A stretch of 64,000 bases of DNA, from positions 10,535-74,534 of the forward strand of contig JAGCNI010000009.1 of the NCBI GenBank assembly GCA_017646015.1. The letters are read 5' to 3'. The DNA comes from Lentisphaeria bacterium (lineage in GTDB: Bacteria > Verrucomicrobiota > Lentisphaeria > Victivallales > UBA1829). Every line of letters starts with the position of its first letter. Positions within the stretch are counted from its first letter, which is position 1. A model generated the notes under the pieces. It did no database searches. It saw only the letters and a program-made list of their open reading frames with translations, and was not told where the DNA came from. Shown here piece after piece: positions 9,234 to 18,213 of this stretch. A program made the translations under genes and the position numbers.

Positions 9234-10957
9234 CGTAATACTCCTTTCAGATCTTCCGGAGGTGTGAACATGGATATATCCAGATTCAAACCCGCACGTT
9301 TTACATCATCCATAAAGGTAGGAATACTGCCCGTGGGAACATAGCGTCCACGCATTTTGCCATCCCCGGTCCAGCCATCCTGATGAAATACAAAAAGTTC
9401 CTGCATCGTAATGATCTCGCCTTCCATCTTGGTGATCTCACTGACATGTGTCACCTTGCGGGAACCGTCTTTTTCGCGGGAAATCTGCACAATGATCGCA
9501 ATCGCAGAGGCAATCTGTTCACGGATCGCACGCAGCGGCAGATCGAATCCTGCCATCAAAACCAGTGTTTCAAGACGGGAAAGACAATCCCGCGGTGAGT
9601 TTGCATGGATCGTTGTCAGAGAACCGTCATGCCCTGTGTTCATCGCCTGCAGCATGTCAAGAGCTTCTCCGCCTCGACATTCCCCGATCACGATCCGGTC
9701 CGGTCTCATACGCAACGCATTGCGTACCAGATCACGGATATTGATTTCGCCTTTTCCTTCAATATTGGCAGGACGGGCTTCCAAACGCACCACATGATCC
9801 TGACGCAGTTGAAGTTCCGCTGCATCTTCGATCGTCAGGATCCGTTCCGTATCAGGAAGAAAACCGCTGAGAATATTCAACAGAGTCGTTTTCCCGGAAC
9901 CGGTTCCACCGGAAATAATAATATTTTTCCGCAATTTTACGCAGATATCCAGAAAATCTGCGATCTGCTGCGAAATCGAACCGAAACGGATCAAATCCGG
10001 AATCTGCAACGGTGTCTTGGAAAATTTACGGATCGTAATAGAGGGTCCCACCAGAGACAACGGCGGAATGATCGCATTCACACGGGATCCATCTTTCAAA
10101 CGGGCATCCACCATGGGCGAACTTTCATCAATACGTCTTCCCAGAGGGGAAACGATCCGCTCAATTGCCGCCAGAACCTGATAATTGTCTGCAAACGCAA
10201 GGTCTGTCAGATGCAATTTCCCTTTGTATTCCACATAGATCCTGTCCGGACCGTTGACCATGACTTCGGTGATTTCCGGCATGGCAAGCAACGTTTCCAA
10301 CGGACCCAGTCCGATCGCTTCATCCACCAGTTCTTTTTCAATCAGCTGCAACGTGATCTGTTCCGGCAGTTGAATGGATATCTCATTCACGATCTCACGA
10401 ATCGTATGACGCGCCTTTTCATTCAATGCCGCTTCCGAAACTCCGGACATCGCAAGCCGTTTCAGATCAAGACGTTTGATCAATTCTTCATGCGCCCGTT
10501 TTTTGATCTCCTGCAACAGCGGACGGTGTTCAAACGGAACCCCGGAGATTTGCAGAACAGAGACTCCGGAAATATTGGTTTCTTTCTTTTGCAACAGATT
10601 TTCAGATACAACAGTTTCCGGTTGTGGAACCGATTCATTTTTCTTTTTCCGGGCACAACCATTTTCCCCGTCCAGCGAGATAATGATATCACCGAGACGG
10701 ATTCTTGAACCCGCCTCGGCATCCGTCAGTTCCTCTCCGAGCGGCTGTCCATCCAGATAAAGTGGAAAACGCACAGGATCGAAAGCCTGTATTTTCAATC
10801 CGTATTCAGAAATAATGAATTGACAATGCCGCGGAGCGATTCCCTCTCCGCTGAGCTGGATATGACATGCCGGACTGGTTCCGACACGGTAAGTTCCGGG
10901 AATCAGTTTCCCTTCCGCCGGAACATCATTACCGGAATGGATGGTTATTTCATACAT
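9230..10957 (-). CDS. cpaF: CpaF/TadA-family secretion ATPase with an N-terminal FHA-like domain
   Basis: Walker A GGTGSGKTT, Walker B/Asp box ILTIEDAAEL, His box IVIGECRGGEALDMLQAMNTGHDGSLTTIHANS. The N-terminal ~95 aa is YRVGTSPACHIQLSGEGIAPRHCQF...RLGDIIISL, which is FHA-like. Confidence 0.9.
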   Translation of the reverse strand: MYEITIHSGNDVPAEGKLIPGTYRVGTSPACHIQLSGEGIAPRHCQFIISEYGLKIQAFDPVRFPLYLDGQPLGEELTDAEAGSRIRLGDIIISLDGENGCARKKKNESVPQPETVVSENLLQKKETNISGVSVLQISGVPFEHRPLLQEIKKRAHEELIKRLDLKRLAMSGVSEAALNEKARHTIREIVNEISIQLPEQITLQLIEKELVDEAIGLGPLETLLAMPEITEVMVNGPDRIYVEYKGKLHLTDLAFADNYQVLAAIERIVSPLGRRIDESSPMVDARLKDGSRVNAIIPPLSLVGPSITIRKFSKTPLQIPDLIRFGSISQQIADFLDICVKLRKNIIISGGTGSGKTTLLNILSGFLPDTERILTIEDAAELQLRQDHVVRLEARPANIEGKGEINIRDLVRNALRMRPDRIVIGECRGGEALDMLQAMNTGHDGSLTTIHANSPRDCLSRLETLVLMAGFDLPLRAIREQIASAIAIIVQISREKDGSRKVTHVSEITKMEGEIITMQELFVFHQDGWTGDGKMRGRYVPTGSIPTFMDDVKRAGLNLDISMFTPPEDLKGVLR

Positions 10958-10978
10958 ATTCCGAACTCCTGCTGCATT

Positions 10979-11779
10979 TCAGCGGCCCTGCCGCATCATG
11001 CTTTCACGTTCCATATTGTATTTTTCGATATTCTTCTGAAGGTAATTCCAGTTGACATTCTGCAGTTTTCTGGTGATGGCTGACTCTTCATAGTTGCGGA
11101 GACTCAGATGGATCCGTCCTTTCTGTGTGGCAAAAATGATCATTTCCACTTCTTTCGGAGTCAATTCAAGTGTTACAGTGCTGTATCCGCTGGAACGGGT
11201 GTTGTATGTTCCGTTTCCGGAAAGCAAGCCCATATCCGTGCCGGTGGCGATCACACGGACACGCTGAAGGATCGTGAGCGTAGTTGTATCCAGAGAACTG
11301 TCTCCTTTGGCATCCGGAAAACGGAATGTTCCGATCAGGTCAACATAATTGTTCGGCTGCACCAGCCCTGTGACAGAACTGGTTGCATCGACCGGGATCG
11401 AAATTGCACGGTATCCGGGACGGATCTGTGCTGTAAGTCCGCTTCTGCCGGAGGAGAAAGAGGTCTTCAAATCTGTCCATTGCAGAATGGTTCCGGCGGG
11501 GATCAGAGATCTTACTTCTCTGCCGATCACCATATTCCGGCGGTCATATTCAATTTCTCTGCCCATGGCTTCTTTGCTGAAACGTTTGATCTTGATCTCC
11601 CGGATCGCATCTTCTGTGATCTTTTCGTTTTCACCCAGATCGCGTGTCACCTGAATCAGATAGACATCCTGTGCCTCTCCGTGGATCTTCGATTTTTCTA
11701 TATTGATCTGATGAAAAGTGAACATAAATGCAAGCACTCCGAAAAAAACCGCACCCAAAAGTAAAAGTTTCTGTTTCAT
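10979..11779 (-). CDS. cpaB: Flp pilus assembly protein CpaB/RcpC-like (SAF domain)
   Basis: N-terminal TM anchor (LLLLGAVFFGVLAFMF). SAF-like segment VIGREVRSLIPAGTILQWTDL followed by a beta-rich RcpC-like region. Position directly upstream of cpaF. Confidence 0.75.
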   Translation of the reverse strand: MKQKLLLLGAVFFGVLAFMFTFHQINIEKSKIHGEAQDVYLIQVTRDLGENEKITEDAIREIKIKRFSKEAMGREIEYDRRNMVIGREVRSLIPAGTILQWTDLKTSFSSGRSGLTAQIRPGYRAISIPVDATSSVTGLVQPNNYVDLIGTFRFPDAKGDSSLDTTTLTILQRVRVIATGTDMGLLSGNGTYNTRSSGYSTVTLELTPKEVEMIIFATQKGRIHLSLRNYEESAITRKLQNVNWNYLQKNIEKYNMERESMMRQGR

Positions 11780-11856
11780 AAATTCATATCCTTGTTCAAT
11801 ATTGTTGTTGATCTTCTTGATTCAGGAATATACACGGTATAAAAGCGTTTCGCAAA

Positions 11857-14406
11857 TCAAAGTTCACTTTTTTTTCGTATATATCGCTCATGAAAGAGGT
11901 CTGTTGTATATTTCAATACTTCCAGTGCCATGCCGGACTCCTGTTCCGTGATCTCTCTGCTGCTGTATTCCGCTTTGTAGAACAACAGAAATACAGCTCT
12001 GGTTTTTTCCCCGAGAAGACTGTTCTCAAAGGATAACATTTCTGCATATTCTGTCAATTCCGGATTCCCTTTCCGTTCCAGCCCGAGGAGTTCCAGATAC
12101 AAAATAATTGCACGGTAAGAGAAAAGTACAGAATCCCGCGGAGAACTTTTCTCTTTCTCCTCCGCTTTCCTGTAAAACTTTTCTGCCAGAGAAAGTTTGC
12201 GTTTTTGTTTCCGGGCGCAGAAAAGAATGGTTCCGAACTTATACAGAGAATAGAGCAGCGATCCGGTCAGGATCAGTAACAGCCAGGTTGAAAAAACAAG
12301 ATCGTATATCCCGGCAACGATATTTTTGAATTGATCAACGATTTTCCGGTAGAGCATTTTCAGTTTGTAAAGAAATCCGCCTTCCTTTTTCTGACGGTCT
12401 ATCTTTTTCACTGTTTTCCGGTATTGATTTTTTACATTTTCACGCACTTTCTCTTCTGTCACGACCGCATGGATCAATGCCTGATCAATGGGATTGATTT
12501 CTTTCCGTTTCTCTTCCTGTTCCAGAATTTTTTTCCGTAAAAGATCCTGTGTTTTCCGGGTGAGTTCAGGGGGAGTGACTTTCCATTCATCCCCGAATGG
12601 ATCCCGCAGTTGTCCGATCCCGGCAGGTTTGGTTTCAGAACGGACAGAAGAGGGTGGCGTACCATCCATTGTCAGCCAGCCGGCATTGTCAATAAAAATC
12701 TGTGTCCACGCATGGGCATGATATTCATAGACTTCATATTTGTTGTTCAATGTGTTATAGTTGCCGGGAGAAAATCCGGTGGCTACCCGGGCGGGCAGAC
12801 CGACAGATCGTGCCATAACAGCCAATGCCGCAGCGTAATATTCACAATGACCTTCTTTCAATTCAAACAGAAAATAATCCACACATTCGCGTCCTTTGGG
12901 GAGCGGGGCAGCATCCAGTTTGTATTTGTAATTATTCCGCAGATGATCCCGCAAGGCAATCGCTTTGGCATACGGTGTCCCCGCTTTTTCTGTAATCCTT
13001 TTTGCCAGTGAAAGAACTCTTTTGGAGATTTTTCCTTTGGGCAGTTTGCAATAATGGGCAGGTGATAATGGATCTCTCCATTTCCGGTAGAGATTCTTTT
13101 TCTTTCCGCCGGATCCCTGATCCTCCTTTTTCAAGAGTTTTTCGGGATCATCCAACAGCGGAAGCGACACATCTGCCGTATAGATAAAGGGCATTTGCTG
13201 AATCTTTTTTTTCTGCCGGATCCCATAGAAAGTCATGGTGAAATTACGGAGTATATTGGTATAATTTTCATTCGATGGAGTGAATCCGATCAGCCTGAAT
13301 CCGGAATAGAGAGAGGTGGAAATATTTTTGAGCAGATAATATTTCTGAGCAATCATCTGTTCCACAGGTTCTTTTTCAGATGTGACTTTATAATAACGGG
13401 CACGCATCAATTCTTTTCCGGCTTTCCATTTCGTTCCGTCGTAAATATCATACAGTCGTGCCAAATGATAGGTCGTTACCGGTGTTTGAACATGAAATAC
13501 AAGATCCTGTCCTTGCGAAGATCCTCCCCCGTCACCATCTATAAAATTCTTAGTATCAGCAGGTTTATCACTCTTGACAGGAGTCCCTTTGCTGTCGATC
13601 GTGTGTACGGTTTTTTCCGCAGGCTTTTCAAATTTCCCATCCGGAGAAGTTTTCAATCTGACCGGATTCAGCCACTTCTGAATATCCGGCGGCAGAGCAG
13701 AATCACGGTTCGTCAGAAAAGAGGTTTCAAACAATCCCGGAAGATCATTGTTTTCCAGAGGCATCAGAGAAAAGATGTTCCAAAACAGAAAGAGTGTCAG
13801 GAAAAGATGGATCATGATACGCACCAGATCGATCTTCAAAGATTTTCTTTCCCGTATGACCGGCTTGCCCGCAAAGTTTTCTTTCCGCAGATTCCAGGCG
13901 AGAAACAGAAACAGCAGAAGCGATGCTGTTTCCATGTAGAGAAAAGTCATCCGCGGGATCAGGGAGCCATAGATCAACAGAAAAAGAGAAATGAAAAAAA
14001 GATAACAGTAATCTTTTATTTTCCCGCCCATCAGAAATACAAGTGCTGCTCCGCTCAGGATTTCCACCATGACCAAATCCGGCAGAGTATTTTTGAGCCG
14101 GAAGACTCCCCACGTAACTGCCATTGCAAAAATCAATGCATTCAAAATGATCCTTGCCCATGAGTTAAAGCAGCGGTATGGTACATAAACCATTGCCGCA
14201 CACGGAAAAACAAGAATCATCAATAGAAATGTAAAACGCGGATCGCTGTGCTGCCACAATGCTCCCCCTGACGTCAGAAGAAAAAGAAGCGCAAATAACC
14301 AGTGAAAACGGCTGTGCCGCGGAGAACGGAGCATCCGGGAACGATTCGTTATGATCGTTTTGGAAAGGGTGTCAGACCGCTTCTTCATCGTTGAAAATTC
14401 CTTCAA
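11857..14406 (-). CDS. Transglutaminase-like (TgpA-like) multi-pass membrane protein
   Basis: N-terminal polytopic membrane region. Transglutaminase core EGHCEYYAAALAVMARSVGLPARVATGF...HAWTQIF...MDGTP (Cys-His-Asp). C-terminal TM plus helical tail. An alternative start is at 14388 (MKKRSD). Confidence 0.8.
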   Translation of the reverse strand: MKEFSTMKKRSDTLSKTIITNRSRMLRSPRHSRFHWLFALLFLLTSGGALWQHSDPRFTFLLMILVFPCAAMVYVPYRCFNSWARIILNALIFAMAVTWGVFRLKNTLPDLVMVEILSGAALVFLMGGKIKDYCYLFFISLFLLIYGSLIPRMTFLYMETASLLLFLFLAWNLRKENFAGKPVIRERKSLKIDLVRIMIHLFLTLFLFWNIFSLMPLENNDLPGLFETSFLTNRDSALPPDIQKWLNPVRLKTSPDGKFEKPAEKTVHTIDSKGTPVKSDKPADTKNFIDGDGGGSSQGQDLVFHVQTPVTTYHLARLYDIYDGTKWKAGKELMRARYYKVTSEKEPVEQMIAQKYYLLKNISTSLYSGFRLIGFTPSNENYTNILRNFTMTFYGIRQKKKIQQMPFIYTADVSLPLLDDPEKLLKKEDQGSGGKKKNLYRKWRDPLSPAHYCKLPKGKISKRVLSLAKRITEKAGTPYAKAIALRDHLRNNYKYKLDAAPLPKGRECVDYFLFELKEGHCEYYAAALAVMARSVGLPARVATGFSPGNYNTLNNKYEVYEYHAHAWTQIFIDNAGWLTMDGTPPSSVRSETKPAGIGQLRDPFGDEWKVTPPELTRKTQDLLRKKILEQEEKRKEINPIDQALIHAVVTEEKVRENVKNQYRKTVKKIDRQKKEGGFLYKLKMLYRKIVDQFKNIVAGIYDLVFSTWLLLILTGSLLYSLYKFGTILFCARKQKRKLSLAEKFYRKAEEKEKSSPRDSVLFSYRAIILYLELLGLERKGNPELTEYAEMLSFENSLLGEKTRAVFLLFYKAEYSSREITEQESGMALEVLKYTTDLFHERYIRKKSEL

Positions 14407-15604
14407 GATCGGTTTGACAGGTCAAAAGAAGCGGTTTGATTTCGCCTGTTTTTCTGGTTTCCTGCGGTAAACAGAATACAAGTTCTTCATCATCAATTAT
14501 ATAAGGAAAACAATCTTTCGGAGCGTGGATCCATTGCAGAACGATCTGTTGATCTTCCAGCAGAGAGAGCATCTGACGGAGTTTGACGGAGTCCGTCATT
14601 CCCAGAAAACAGACCACTGTGCCGGGGGATAAGGTTTCCAGAATCTCTCCGATCAAAGTTTCCACCTGCCCTTTTGACGGAACGATTTCCGTCAGAATTT
14701 CCTGTATTTTTGTGCGTATCCCTGCCGCATCTCCGCTGGTTTGAAAGATTTCTCCGTCATGACGGGTGATAAAAGTCAGGTGACAATACCGTGACGAAAG
14801 ATATTCCGTCACAGAGGCGGCAAGCGTGATGAGTTTTTCAAAATTGTTTTCGACCGGATCATTGCCCACTGCGGCAAGCGTGGTATCCAGGATCAATACG
14901 ATCTTATCCACTGCCGCCGCTTCAAACTCCCGCACCATCAACTGGTTTTTGGAGGCACTCAACCGCCAATGCACAAAACGCATCTCATCTCCGGCACGGT
15001 ACGGACGGATTCCGAAAAAGTCATTGCCCTGTCCCACATGTCCCAGAGATCTGCCTTCCCTGTTGACAGAATGACCGCTGGTGCAGGCGTATGGAAAAGA
15101 GGAAAGCAGAACTGTTTTCGGCACGATGCTGATCTCTCCGGGACATTTGAAGACTTTGACAGTCTTGAAGATGCCGCACGGATCCCCGCCGGAAATCCGG
15201 ATCTTCCGCAAACAGAAATGTCCTCTGCGGCAACTGACCGTTTCCCGCTGTAAGGTGACAGATCCTTTCGGCGGCAGAGAGGGAATCTCCCACGCCGTCA
15301 CTTTTTCCGTCACAAAGGGAATTTGTTCCGTCAGAATCAAAGATTGACGAAACCATGGCAGGTGATTGGTGATAACGAGCGGCAGAACAACTTTTTCCAT
15401 AGATTTTCCATCCGGCATATTTTCGCGGCGGAGTGAAATTCCGGCAGTGGAAAAGAAAGACATCAGGAAACTGGAAATGGTGACAGCACAGAAAACAGAT
15501 GCAGTCAGAGCCGTGATCAATCCCACATTCATCAGAGCCACTCCAACAGAAACGGCAGTAATGATCAGGAAAAGAAGCCCTCCGGGAGTCGGACGGGGAA
15601 ACAT
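14372..15604 (-). CDS. DUF58 domain protein (MoxR partner)
   Basis: Two N-terminal TMs and the DUF58 signature FFGIRPYRAGDEMRFVHWRLSASKNQLMVREFE. It shares base 15604 with the upstream MoxR gene. Confidence 0.75.
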   Translation of the reverse strand: MFPRPTPGGLLFLIITAVSVGVALMNVGLITALTASVFCAVTISSFLMSFFSTAGISLRRENMPDGKSMEKVVLPLVITNHLPWFRQSLILTEQIPFVTEKVTAWEIPSLPPKGSVTLQRETVSCRRGHFCLRKIRISGGDPCGIFKTVKVFKCPGEISIVPKTVLLSSFPYACTSGHSVNREGRSLGHVGQGNDFFGIRPYRAGDEMRFVHWRLSASKNQLMVREFEAAAVDKIVLILDTTLAAVGNDPVENNFEKLITLAASVTEYLSSRYCHLTFITRHDGEIFQTSGDAAGIRTKIQEILTEIVPSKGQVETLIGEILETLSPGTVVCFLGMTDSVKLRQMLSLLEDQQIVLQWIHAPKDCFPYIIDDEELVFCLPQETRKTGEIKPLLLTCQTDLEGIFNDEEAV

Positions 15605-16932
15605 CAGACAGGATCCTCGTTTTTCAGTTTGATGGAGTTGACAATGGTATCAAGGACCTGTTCCACACTTTTCCATTCTGTCCGGCTGCGGAGCTTCAGA
15701 CGCAAACGGTGTGCGAGGACAAGGTTCAGCATTTCTCTGACATCTTTTGGGGTGACATAGTCTCTGCCGTTGTAGGCGGCAAGGCTCTGGCAGCTGCGCA
15801 TGACAGCCAGCGAAGCACGCGGGCTGCAACCATTGACCAGAGCGGGATGTTCCCGTGTGGCATTTGCGATCCGGACAATATAATCTTTGATCTGCGGGGA
15901 AACTTTGACTTTACGGATCAGTGCCTGACAATATACGACGTCATTGCTCTTGATGACGTAGGAGATACTGTTCAGCGGATGGGATGCGAGCTGAGAATCC
16001 AAAATTTCCAATTCTGCCTGTGGACTCGGATAACCGATATTCAGACACATTGTGAAACGGTCAAGCTGAGGTTCCGGCAGCGGATAAGTGCCATGATAAT
16101 CTTCCGGGTTCTGGGTCGCTATCACAAAAAACGGTTTCGGCAGAACATGCGCCTTTCCGTCAATTGTGACGGAAGATTCCGACATACATTCCAGAAGACT
16201 TGATTGAGTTCGCGGAGTGGTCCGGTTGATTTCATCTGCCAGAATCACATTCCCGAAAATCGGACCCGGCAGAAAACGGAAAGTTCCCGTCATTTCATCG
16301 TATATATTGGTTCCAGTGATATCTGACGGAAGCATATCGGGAGTAAATTGGATCCGGCGGTAGCGGGATTGGATCGACTTTGCCAGTGTTTGTGCCAGCA
16401 GACTTTTTCCGACACCGGGTGCATCTTCCAACAGGAGATGACCATCTGCCAGCAGGCAGACGATCAGGTTTCGGATCACATTCGGATTTCCCTTGAAAAC
16501 AGTGGCAATATTGCTTTCCAGCTGCCGGATGACCTGACGGAGCATCTCAAAATTCAGATTGTCTTCTGAAAAATTTCCCCAACTGTTGCCGGATTGACTG
16601 GTTTCAACAGTACCGGGATTGTTATATACCATCATGACTCCGCCAATCTGAATAATATCCTGATGTTTAAGGAGTTGTGAAACAACAGGCTGGGAATTGA
16701 CAAAGGTCCCGTTTGCACTGCTCAGATCCTTGATGATGAAACCGTCCCGCTCCCGGCTGAACATGGCATGACGGCGGGATACATTCCGGTCTGCAATCGA
16801 GATCTCACATTCCGGCTCCCGCCCCATCACAGCAGTATTGCAGTCCAATTCAAATTCTCTGCTTTGCCCGTATCCTTCCTGAATGACAAGGAATGGATTT
16901 TCATGTTTCTGGTTTATTTTTGTTTCCCCCAT
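15604..16932 (-). CDS. FHA domain fused to a MoxR-family AAA+ ATPase
   Basis: N-terminal canonical FHA (VMGREPECEISIADRNVSRRHAMF...IKDLSSANGTFVNSQP...DIIQIGG). MoxR core LLEDAPGVGKS (Walker A), ILADEINRTTPRTQSSLLE (Walker B), ATQNPEDYHGTYPLPEPQLDRF. Confidence 0.85.
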   Translation of the reverse strand: MGETKINQKHENPFLVIQEGYGQSREFELDCNTAVMGREPECEISIADRNVSRRHAMFSRERDGFIIKDLSSANGTFVNSQPVVSQLLKHQDIIQIGGVMMVYNNPGTVETSQSGNSWGNFSEDNLNFEMLRQVIRQLESNIATVFKGNPNVIRNLIVCLLADGHLLLEDAPGVGKSLLAQTLAKSIQSRYRRIQFTPDMLPSDITGTNIYDEMTGTFRFLPGPIFGNVILADEINRTTPRTQSSLLECMSESSVTIDGKAHVLPKPFFVIATQNPEDYHGTYPLPEPQLDRFTMCLNIGYPSPQAELEILDSQLASHPLNSISYVIKSNDVVYCQALIRKVKVSPQIKDYIVRIANATREHPALVNGCSPRASLAVMRSCQSLAAYNGRDYVTPKDVREMLNLVLAHRLRLKLRSRTEWKSVEQVLDTIVNSIKLKNEDPV

Positions 16933-16965
16933 GACAGTATTGCTTTCTCTTCAAGGTGGTTGATC

Positions 16966-18078
16966 TTACTGTTTTTTTTCCTCTTCGCCTTCCTCATCTT
17001 CCTCATCTTCCATTTCGATGCCGTGTGCTTCAAACATGTTACGCAGGTCTTTACGGTCGATGGCACGGAACATGGCTTCTTCGGGAGCGACGATTCCTTT
17101 TTCGACGACTTCAAAGAGACTTGTATTGAGAGTACGCATCCCCTGTTTTGTTCCGGTCTGCAGCACGGATTCGATCTGGAAGATTTTATTTTCACGGATC
17201 AAGTTGGAAACAGCGGAGTTGACGACGAGGATTTCGAGAGCGGCGATACGGCCTTTTCCGATACGTTTGCAGAGAGTCTGAGCGACGACACCTTTGAGAG
17301 AACCGGCGAGCATGGCACGGATCTGAGCCTGACGGTTTGCGGGGAACTGCTGAATGATACGGTCCACGGTACTGGCGGCAGTGGTGGTATGCAGAGTTCC
17401 GAAAACCAGGTGTCCGGTTTCTGCTGTTTCCAGAGCGATTTCCACCGTTTCCAAGTCACGCATTTCCCCGACCAGCACGATATCCGGGTCTTCACGGAGG
17501 GCTGCACGCAGAGCATTTGCAAAGCTCATGGTATGGCGTCCGACTTCGCGGTGGTTGATAAGGCATTTATTACTTTTATGCACGAATTCGACAGGGTCTT
17601 CGATGGTGATGATATGGTCGGTTCGGATACGGTTGATATAGTCGACCATGGCGGCGAGGGTTGTTGATTTCCCGGAACCGGTAGGTCCTGTAACCAGCAC
17701 CAGACCTTTGTTCAAGGTACACAGGTTGGCGACGACCGGTGGCAGGTTGAGCTGTTCAAATGTCAGAATATTTGCCGGAATGAGTCGGGCGACGATACCC
17801 ACACCGTTCAAGTCGCGGAAGATATTGACACGGAAACGGTCTCCTGTCGGCAGAGAGTATGCCAAGTCGGTATCATTGATTTGTTTGAACTGATCGATAT
17901 TACGCTGGGGCATGATTTCAAATGCCATTGCTTCGATTTCTTCACTGGTCAACGGTTCTGATTCGGTAAAGACCATTTCACCGTCAATACGGTATGCAAC
18001 CGGCATGTTACTGCTTATGTGCGTATCGGAAGCACGCTGTTCCAACATGAAATACAAATATACATCGATATCCGGCAT
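16966..18078 (-). CDS. pilT: Type IV pilus retraction ATPase PilT family, with an acidic C-terminal tail
   Basis: Walker A GPTGSGKST, ITIEDPVEF, LVGEMRDLET, His box GHLVFGTLHT, and the AIRNLIRE-like SNLIRENK. The tail is EMEDEEDEEGEEEKKQ. Confidence 0.9.
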   Translation of the reverse strand: MPDIDVYLYFMLEQRASDTHISSNMPVAYRIDGEMVFTESEPLTSEEIEAMAFEIMPQRNIDQFKQINDTDLAYSLPTGDRFRVNIFRDLNGVGIVARLIPANILTFEQLNLPPVVANLCTLNKGLVLVTGPTGSGKSTTLAAMVDYINRIRTDHIITIEDPVEFVHKSNKCLINHREVGRHTMSFANALRAALREDPDIVLVGEMRDLETVEIALETAETGHLVFGTLHTTTAASTVDRIIQQFPANRQAQIRAMLAGSLKGVVAQTLCKRIGKGRIAALEILVVNSAVSNLIRENKIFQIESVLQTGTKQGMRTLNTSLFEVVEKGIVAPEEAMFRAIDRKDLRNMFEAHGIEMEDEEDEEGEEEKKQ

Positions 18079-18129
18079 AAATCTCTCCCTTTCTGTAAAA
18101 TCGTTTCAAATTTTAAAATAATCTTGCTT

Positions 18130-18157
18130 ACAATAGCACGGGATTGTCTGTTTTCAA
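18130..18157 (-). promoter_or_regulatory. Candidate sigma70-type promoter upstream of pilT
   Basis: On the minus strand, TTGAAA (18157-18152), a 16 nt spacer, then TATTGT (18135-18130), about 50 nt upstream of the pilT ATG. Sequence match only. Confidence 0.25.
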
Positions 18158-18213
18158 ATCAGAAAAAGAAAGTTTTGACCGGAAGAGGATAAAAGTTTGT
18201 ATTTTTTATGTAT

